A stretch of 64,000 nt of DNA from Phaeosaccion multiseriatum (taxonomy: Eukaryota > Protista > Ochrophyta, other classes). A program made the translations under genes and the position numbers. Position 1 is the stretch's first letter, and the number at the start of each line of letters is the position of its first letter. The notes below the pieces were generated by a model, which did not search any database, had not been told where the DNA came from, and saw nothing but the letters and a program-made list of their open reading frames with translations. Location of the stretch: the NCBI GenBank assembly GCA_965112735.1, contig OZ218959.1:2914001-2978000 (forward strand). Direction: 5' to 3'. Of the stretch, positions 41,109 through 64,000 are shown piece after piece.

Positions 41109-41846
41109 AGGTGGGGGCGGCGGCTGGGCTGCATTGTGTTCTGCGTGCTGGAGGTGCTCATCAACACGATGGAGCATTACCCCAGCATGCCCATACTCCT
41201 CCTGGGGAGAGTCCTGGGCGGTATTAGGTACGTGGTGTTGTACTGAGCGTTCTCGTTAACCCTACTCACTCCACCCTGTCTGCAATCGCCGAGGAGGCGC
41301 AAGCTGAATCACAGGACCCATACATACGCACACCTTGCAGCTTTGTGCTCCGAGTTTCTATTTTCTCCTCCTGCCCCCCCTCCTCTGTCTTTCCCCCTCT
41401 ATCTCTCTTGGCTCCATGTCTCTCCCCCCCTCTCACCCACCCACGCTTCACACCCACAAAACACTCCCACTCGCCCCTGATGAACCACCCCTTCCCTCTC
41501 CCTCCCTCCCTCCTCACACCGTACACCCTCACCCCCCACAGCACAAGCCTACTTTTCACAGCCTTCGAGTCATGGATGGTGAGCGAACACCGCAAACGCG
41601 GCTTCCCCGAGAGCTGGCTGGCCTCCACATTCAGCGTATCCACAGTTGGCAACGGCGTCATGGCGGTGATTGCCGGAGTGCTGGCCCAAGTTGCCTCAGA
41701 TGCTTTTGGAGACATTGGGCCGTTTCAGGCGGCCATAGCGTTGACTGTGGTGGCTATGGTGTGCTTGTTCTTCTGGGAGGAGAACTACGGGGGAGAGCGG
41801 TCGTCGTCGTCGTCGTCGTCGGCCAATGGTAGTGGTGAAGCCGGCG

Positions 41847-41885
<39 letters not shown>

Positions 41886-42610
41886 AAGCAGGAGAAGGAG
41901 GTGGAGGAGGAGGAGCAGCAGCAGCACCAGCAGCAGCAGGAAGAGGAGGAGGAGGCATGCTGCATAGCCTACGTATGGCGTGGAGGGCCATTGTGGGAGA
42001 TGTGCGCATTCTTCTGCTCGGCGCCATTCAGAGTCTGTTCGAGGGAGCCATGTACACCTTTGTGTTCATGTGGGTACCCACCATGTTGGCCGTAGTGCCG
42101 GACGGAAACCTCCCCACAGGGCTAGTCTTCTCCTCCTTTATGGTGTGCATTACCATCGGAGGCTTGGCCTTCAGCACGATGCTTCGCTTCACCACCGTGG
42201 AGAGGGGCAGCGTGGTGGTCTTTGCCCTCGCCTCGATGGCCATGGCCATGCCTGTGCTGACGCACGACTTCCCGACCATCCTCTTCGCCTTTTTGCTTGT
42301 GGAGGCCTGTGTGGGAGCCTTTTTCTCGTGCTCGGGTCTTATGCGATCCAAGTATCTCCCCGATGCGCAACAGAGCAGTGTGATGAACCTGTTCCGATTG
42401 CCCCTCAATGTGTTTGTGGTAGTGGGCACTCGACTCACAGATGCCGCAGACAGTTGGGTGGTGTTTAGCACCATCTCTTTGTGGTTTGCAGGGGCCACGC
42501 TGCTGCAGCTACGTCTGGCGAGCATTGCAGGGAAGGACGATAAGAGAAGGGAGGAGGAGGAGCGACAAGGAGGAGGAGGCAGCAGCAGCACCAGCAAGAA
42601 GGTTCAGTGA
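40505..42610 (+). CDS. MFSD5: MFSD5/MOT2-family molybdate-anion transporter, 3 exons
   Basis: FRRFQALYLVPYMLIMLADWLQGTNMYTLY, LFLTGFSSSAIFG, GRVLGGI|STSLLFTAFESWMVSEH, QSLFEGAMYTFVFMWVP, VMNLFRLPLN. Confidence 0.9.
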
Positions 42611-42913
42611 GAGTGTATGTAGAGCATGCATGGTTGGTGGTTGCACAGCACGCAACCCTCTTGATGACGAGGATTGACAGTTCAGTTGACAGTTCCACGT
42701 CGTGCGTAAGCAACAGTAAATTCAATAGTGAAGAAAGTAACTTACAGTAATAGAGATAAAAAAGAAGACTACGGGGCTCTCGCTCGAACCAATCACAACC
42801 GATCGAGGCAGTTGCCATCCAACCTAAGCCAGGACCTGGACTCCCACCCACCCTCTGTCCTGACACCCAAACGAAGAAAAAAAAGAATTGAGGGGCGGAA
42901 AAAGGTTTCCGTC

Positions 42914-43118
<205 letters not shown>

Positions 43119-43139
43119 TCTCAAGTGGCGCGATATCTC

Positions 43140-46100
43140 CTAGAGCTTCAAGTTGAAGGTTCTGTTCAAACTTCTGGCGATACTTAACCCCGCCTCCCGC
43201 GGCTGCGCCTGCTGGGCCTGCTGCCACTTCTGCCCCCGCTTGGTCTGCTGCTGCTGTTGCCCCTGCCGCTGCCGCCCCTGTCGTCGCCCCTGTTGCTGCT
43301 GTACCACCAACTGCTGCTGCGGACGCTGAGGGCCCTGCATCAAGATGCTTCTCTGAGCCTTGGCCCGTGACGATGTGTCGATCTTGAAGGACGATGTATC
43401 AGTAACTGCCGTATCACCACCAGCTGTACCCCGAACCGCTACCGAAGGTGGGCGCGGGTGGCGGAGGTCAGTCCTGACACCAGCACGGGATGGATTCAAG
43501 GTAGGCGCCCCCACAGCGATCTGATGGACCCCCCAACGACCCTCTCCTCCAACAGAGGATGAAGCAAGCTCTCTCCCAGGCCCGTCCCCGGTCAGACCTT
43601 TCTCCTCCTTACCAACAATTCTCCTCCGCCAACCGCGGGCAAGGCGGCTACTGCCGTTGCTGTTAAAGCTGCTGGTGTAGCGGTGGTGGTAGATGCTGCG
43701 GGTCCCTCCTCCTCCTCCTCCTCCTCCTCCTCCTCCTCCTCCTCCTCCTCCTCCTCCTCCTCCTCCTCCTCCTCCTCCTCCTCCTCCTCCTCCTCCTCCT
43801 CCTCCTCCTCCTCCTCCTCCTCCTCCTCCTCCTCCTCCTCCTCCTCCTCCTCCTCCTCCTCCTCCTCCTCCTCCTCCTCCTCCTCCTCCTCCTCCTCCTC
43901 CTCCTCCTCCTCCTCCTCCTCCTCCTCCTCCTCCTTCTCCCCCTCCCCCTGCTCCATCTCGTCCGCGTCCTCCTGTACTTTCCCCTCGGGCGGCGGCGGC
44001 TGCGGGGGAGGAGAAGACCGCCGTAGCAGCAGAGGCGGCAGACGCAGAAGCTGCCGCCGCCCCAGCCACCTGCCTTGCCGTTTGGGAGGAGCTCAGCCGT
44101 AGCAGCTGGAACGTGCAGTTCGGGTCCAGATCGAACTTTTCCGACGGCGCAAAGAGGGCAGAAGGCGATGAAGGTGCGACTACGGCTGTTGATGTAACAC
44201 CAACTGCTGCGGCGGCTGCTGCTGCCGTATCACCAACTGTTGCGGCACCCCCACTGCTACCCTGGAGGCCGTTGTTCTCTGCTACTATCGCCCTGCGCTC
44301 CGCAAGGCGAGCCCGAAGCTTTTCTTTGAGCTTGTCGGGAAGTTGAAGCACAGCCCCCACCCCCGCGTCGTCGTCGCCATTTGTTGCGAACCCTCCCCCC
44401 CTCGGCGCCCCCACCCCTCCTCCACTGCCATCCCCGCTCTCCGCCCCCTTCTTCCTCTCCTCAAGCAGGCGAGCGATGAGCGCCATCTGCTCTGTCCGAA
44501 CTCTCCACCCATGAAGCGTTCTCCCTGTCGTGCCAAGCTTATCCAAGAGCTTCTTCTCTGCAATGGTTGTCACTACCTGGTGCTCCACGCTGCCGCTGCC
44601 AGAGGGGCTGGGGCTGCTGCTTGCTTGCTTCTCCAGCGCCGACTCTCTCTTCTTGCGTGCCGTTTCCACACGTTTGGCGACGCTCGCCATCTCCCTCTGG
44701 AGCATCAACCGCTTCACCTCGGTCTGCCGCTGTGCCCTTTCCAGCAGCTCTTTCACTGCCTTCAAGGTATGCTTCAAGTGGGTGGGAATCAAGGAGCCCG
44801 AACCGGCGCCTGCTACGCCTGGTGGTGTAGCGGCAGGAGGGCCTCCCTCTCCTGCTGCGACGGCAATGTCCGTACCCAAGCCCTGCTCCTCCGCCCGCTG
44901 TATCACCAATTGCTGCAGGAGCTTCGTCTGTGCTGCCCCTCGCCCCCCCACCCCTCCTCCTGCTCCTGCTGCTGATACTGCCTGATGCCCCTGTTTCGCG
45001 GCGTGTCTTGCCTTGGATCTCGGAGGCTGGCAGCGCCGCTGGAGCTTCTTCATCTTCTCCTCCTCCTCCAAGGCCCGGGTGGCCTCCCTCGCTGCCTGCT
45101 CCTCCTCCTTCTTCTTCTGCCGCTGCTGTCTCGCCAACTTTGCAATCCTCTGTTTGTCCAGCACGCGAAGATCCTCAAGTTCCTTCTCAAGGTTGTAGAT
45201 CTCTCGCTGCTCGGGGGTCATGGTCAGCGCCTTCGCCATTTGGAAATCCTCAATTTTCACCTTTAGTGACTTAATCTCCTCGCGCAGCACCATCACAGAC
45301 GGAGGCACGAGCCCCTTCGCAACAAGGTCCACGTCCATAACTTGCTCGTCTCCCGCTTCTCTCCCTCCCTCTCCCCCTCCCTCTTTGCCTCCTTCTCCTC
45401 CCTCTCCTTTCTCTGCTGGCCTCTCTTCGCTCCTCTCCCTTTCTCCTCCTGGGGACCCACCGCTCTTGTCTCCTTCACACTTCTCAATATACCCCCCCTC
45501 CCCCTCCTCCCCCTCCTCCCCCTCCTCCCCCTCCTCCCCCTCCTCCCCCTCCTCCCCCTCCTCCCCCTCCTCCCCCTCCTCCCCCTCCTCCCCCTCCTCC
45601 TCCCCCTCCCCCTCCTCCTCCTCCTCCTCCTCCTCCTCCTCCTCCCCCTCCTCCCCCTCCTCCCCCTCCTCCTCCCCCTCATCTTCCTCCCCCCACCCCT
45701 GCTCCTCGTCGTCCTCCTCGTCGTCCTCCTCCTCCCGTCCATTCTGAAGTCTCCTCTCCTCCCGAATCATCTGTAACCGCTGCATTACCACACCCCTCCG
45801 AACCCTTAGCATCTCTCCACTGTCCAACAAATCCAACAGCTGCACCTTCTCCTCCTGAAGCTTCTCTCGCATCGGCAACAGTTTCACCAACTCCTCCATC
45901 TGCCTTTCCGCCAAATGGCTCAAGTCCTGTTCGAGATGACCAATCACGCAAGCAAACGTCCGCCGCTCGATAACCATCTTCTTCACCGTCGTCGTCCTCT
46001 CCATCGCCTCCGCCCTCAACTGCAATAACCTCCGTGTGCAATGCCTGACCCTTGCTCTTCCAGCATCGGCCGCCTCGCCCCCCCCTTCCGACTTGGCAAT

Positions 46101-47543
46101 GCTCTCCGCTCTCCGCTTGGCCACCTCCAGCTCCCTTGTCGCCGTCTTCACCGCATTGGTTGCTGCCATGGACGCCTGCTCTGCTATTGCGAAATCGTCG
46201 GCACTCTCTTTAAGCTTCCTCCTCAAGTCCAAGAGCTGCCCTGCTTGCCCGGCCTTCTCCATCATTGTCCTCACGGGCAAGTCAGGGTCACCACTACTCC
46301 TCACACTGCCACTCACATTGCTGCCCGCCCCCTCGTCCTCCTGCTGCTGTTGCTGTATCACCATCTGCTGCTGTTCTGAAGAAGCAGCAGAGGGCCCTTC
46401 TCCCCCCCCCCCTCCTCCTCCTCCTCCTCCTCCTCCCTGCTGCCTGTCGCTGCTATGCTCTCGCCCTCCTTGTCGACGACGGTCGTATTACCAACGCCCA
46501 CTCCGCCTCCTGCTTCTCCTCCTTCTCCTCCCTGCCTACTACCGCTACTATTACCACCACAACTATCACTATCATCACCACTACCGCTTGCGTCCATGAA
46601 TCCTTTCACCTCGTACCAGCCTGACGTGCCTCTCGCCTCCGCCCGCTGCTCGAGCTGCCCGAGCGTGAGGGAGAAGGCAATGGCCCGTCTGGTGCCATCG
46701 ATCATCTCCACCAGACTCTGCTTCTCGCGGTCCTCAGCCGTCAATTGCTTCGCTCTATCCAGGATGGCGGCACGCCCTCCTCCCCACATCCGCGGGTCTC
46801 GAGCTTCTTCCTTGAGGGTCTGTCGAGTGCTTCTGGCCAGCACGAGAAGGCGTGTCTCCTGGGCCTTCTGTCGCACGCGCGTGAGCAGGGTGCCCTCTCC
46901 GAGCCGCCTCAACACGCGGTATGGGGACTCCCTCAGTCCCTTGGGCTCCCACAGAAGACCCATTACCTCCTTCATGTCATCGGTCTGCTTCTCCACGGAC
47001 TCCTTGAGTACTTGTAACCGCTCCATCTCCAGCTTCGCAGTGTTTAGACTTGTCTTCTTAACCTCGAGAAGCTCCACTGCCTTCTCCATCGCTGCCTCTG
47101 TCTCGCGTCGCTTCTGTTCGAGGCTGTCCCCCTTTCCGCTTAGCTCTTCCTCCAATGCCTCCCCCGCCTGCCGAAGAGCCCCATTGTCGTCTCTAATTTC
47201 ATCCATTTTCTCTTTGAGATGGTCCAAGTACTCGTTTTCTCTCAAGTGATGCTGCGGCCATCCTTCGTCCACATAATCGTTTTCGTCCTCTCCGTCCTCC
47301 TTGCCCCCCTCCTTCTCCTCCACCTCCCCCAGTAGCACTCGTCGCTCTCCCTCTTCCTCCTCCTTCTTCTCCTTCCTCCTCACCACCTTTCTTGCCTTCC
47401 TTAGCCTTATCTTCTTCGTCGCCTTCTTCTCCTCCCCTTTGTCGCTCCCTTCTATGATTGTAGCGACTGACTCGCCGTCTTTCCCCTCTGGCTTCTCATC
47501 TGATTCCTCTTGGACCCCGCTACCATCAACACTACCACCATCA

Positions 47544-47579
<36 letters not shown>

Positions 47580-48005
47580 CCAGCGGCAGCAGTAACACCA
47601 CCATATCCTTCACTACCACCACCACCACCACCACCACCACCACCTCTCTCATACTGAAAAGTAGTCCCAGAGGCGGTCTCTTCCTTTAGGAGCCCAAGCT
47701 CCTCCGCCTTGATCTTCAGTCGCCGTCTCACCCGAGCATTCTCCCGTCTAGCGGCTTGAACCTCGTCCAGCGACTCTGCCATGCTCTCCATGTTGCGGCC
47801 CACCACCTCTTGTAGATCGAGACAGTGTGTCTGAAGAATTTCCGCGGTGGCTTGTTCAAAGTCCCTCTGGGCTTGCTCTTCCCCCTGCAGGCAGGCGAGG
47901 AACATCTTCTTCTTCTGCTTGACCAGGTCTTCCAGGAGCCCCTGGTCCTGCAAGAGCCTTGTGAGTTGGTGCTCCTCTGGGGTCGCACGCACAAGTTTGG
48001 AAGAG

Positions 48006-48068
<63 letters not shown>

Positions 48069-49009
48069 CCCATGTCCCCAGGTTCTCCTCCTCCTCCTGC
48101 TGCTGCTGCTGCTCCTGCCTCGTCGGCGGCCGGCACAGAAGCAGCACCGGGGGCCGCGCCCATGCTCTGCAGCATATTCTGTCTCTCCACCACCATCTGA
48201 CTCAGGGAGGAACCTTTGTGCTCCCTCAGTAGGGTCTGAAGCACTCTGTACCTCGCTGCCACGCGGGATGAGTGCTGCTCAAGACCATCCACCACCTTGT
48301 CCCTCCTGGCGTGGGTGTACTCCTCCACCGACCTGTCCCTCATCTCTGCTCCATCCGCCAGCCATTCTGCGAGTGAGCCGTCTTCCTGCCTCGCTGCCTG
48401 TCTCAGGGAGTGCTCAAATTCCGTCAATATAGATTTCGCCCCCGTCTTGGCTTTTGCTCCATGGTGGATCAGCGAGTCCACAAAGCTCTTCTGCTCTCCC
48501 ACGCGTGTTCCTCTCTCCACCTCCTTGGCCGTGAACAAGCCCCCACTACCGTTGCGAAAGTCGGAAAATAAACCGTCTGTGTCGCTATCATCGCTGTCCT
48601 CCTCATCCTCGCCTCTCCCAGTCTTGCCCTTGCGCACCTTTTGGTCTTCGTCGGAGCTCCAGTCCTGGGTTTCATCGGGCCGCAGCCCAACCCACAGGGG
48701 GCTCACACTGTAAACTTTGTCCAACGCATCTCGTACTCTTCGAGCCTCTGTTCTGAGGTGTTCCATTTCAAACACGTCCTCCTCGGTAATCTCATTGCTA
48801 TTCATCTTCGCACCACCACCCCTTCTGTTGCCATTCAGCATGTTGGTCTTGCTAAACAGGGCGCGCAGTTGTAGAGGCGACATTGGAGCAGGTCGGAGGC
48901 TGTGCGAATGTTTTCTCCTCTGAGAGTGCACCCTCCGCCTCTTCCTGCCCAGTCGCCCTCCTTCCCCCCGTCCTAGTGAGCTTGCCGACGTCATACTGAG
49001 AGTAATCAT
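43140..49009 (-). CDS. Large low-complexity coiled-coil protein of unknown function (two ORFs joined across a G-run frameshift near 46400)
   Basis: Overlapping 888-aa and 1074-aa ORFs on the same strand, both E/K/R/L/A-rich heptad-like. No recognisable domain; start uncertain (49009, 48994 or 48883). Confidence 0.65.
43705..43934. repeat. (CCT)n run encoding ~75 consecutive Gly on the minus strand
   Basis: Read directly inside the 1074-aa ORF. Confidence 0.95.
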
Positions 49010-49169
49010 GTTGACGGCGAGCAAGGGTTACTCCCACGGCACAGGAGGACGAAGACTCACGGCAGTGACCACAATGGTATAATCATGCTGACGGCGAGCA
49101 AGTTTTACACCCACGGGCACAGAAGGATGAAGACGCAGGCAGTGTTAAAGGCTTTGAGAAGAAAAAAAA

Positions 49170-64000
<14,831 letters not shown>

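Overview
Gene-dense, GC-rich, intron-containing eukaryotic nuclear DNA with very many microsatellites. A photosynthetic stramenopile (ochrophyte, possibly eustigmatophyte-like) is inferred from signal-peptide+'AF' plastid-targeting leaders on DapF and a Nudix protein. About 18 spliced protein-coding genes can be read. In order: DCP2 (5' part, missed by the ORF track), F-box+TBC Rab-GAP, centrin, a secreted Cys-rich/mucin-like protein built from tandemly duplicated exons, an LYR+SAM protein, a Nudix hydrolase, a histone-fold protein, two tandem 7TM-RGS genes, an MFS transporter, RRP43, an SPX protein, TAF11, DapF, UBA3, MFSD5/MOT2, a ~1,950-aa coiled-coil protein split by a homopolymer frameshift, and a >14.8-kb OSCA/TMC-like channel gene that runs off the window. 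Most genes sit in tight head-to-head pairs. The most notable observations are: a 385-bp foldback element with 10-bp subrepeats upstream of centrin; 7TM-RGS paralogues with a nearly identical RGS half (including an intron) but divergent receptor halves; an in-frame-skippable exon array in the secreted protein; a channel tail carrying a RanBP2-type zinc finger; AG-less copies of a splice acceptor tandemly repeated in an intron; and a dispersed 13-mer GTATCACCAACTG found in coding and non-coding DNA. No rRNA, tRNA or CRISPR was recognised. All calls come from manual motif reading; no searches were run, and exon boundaries are manual.
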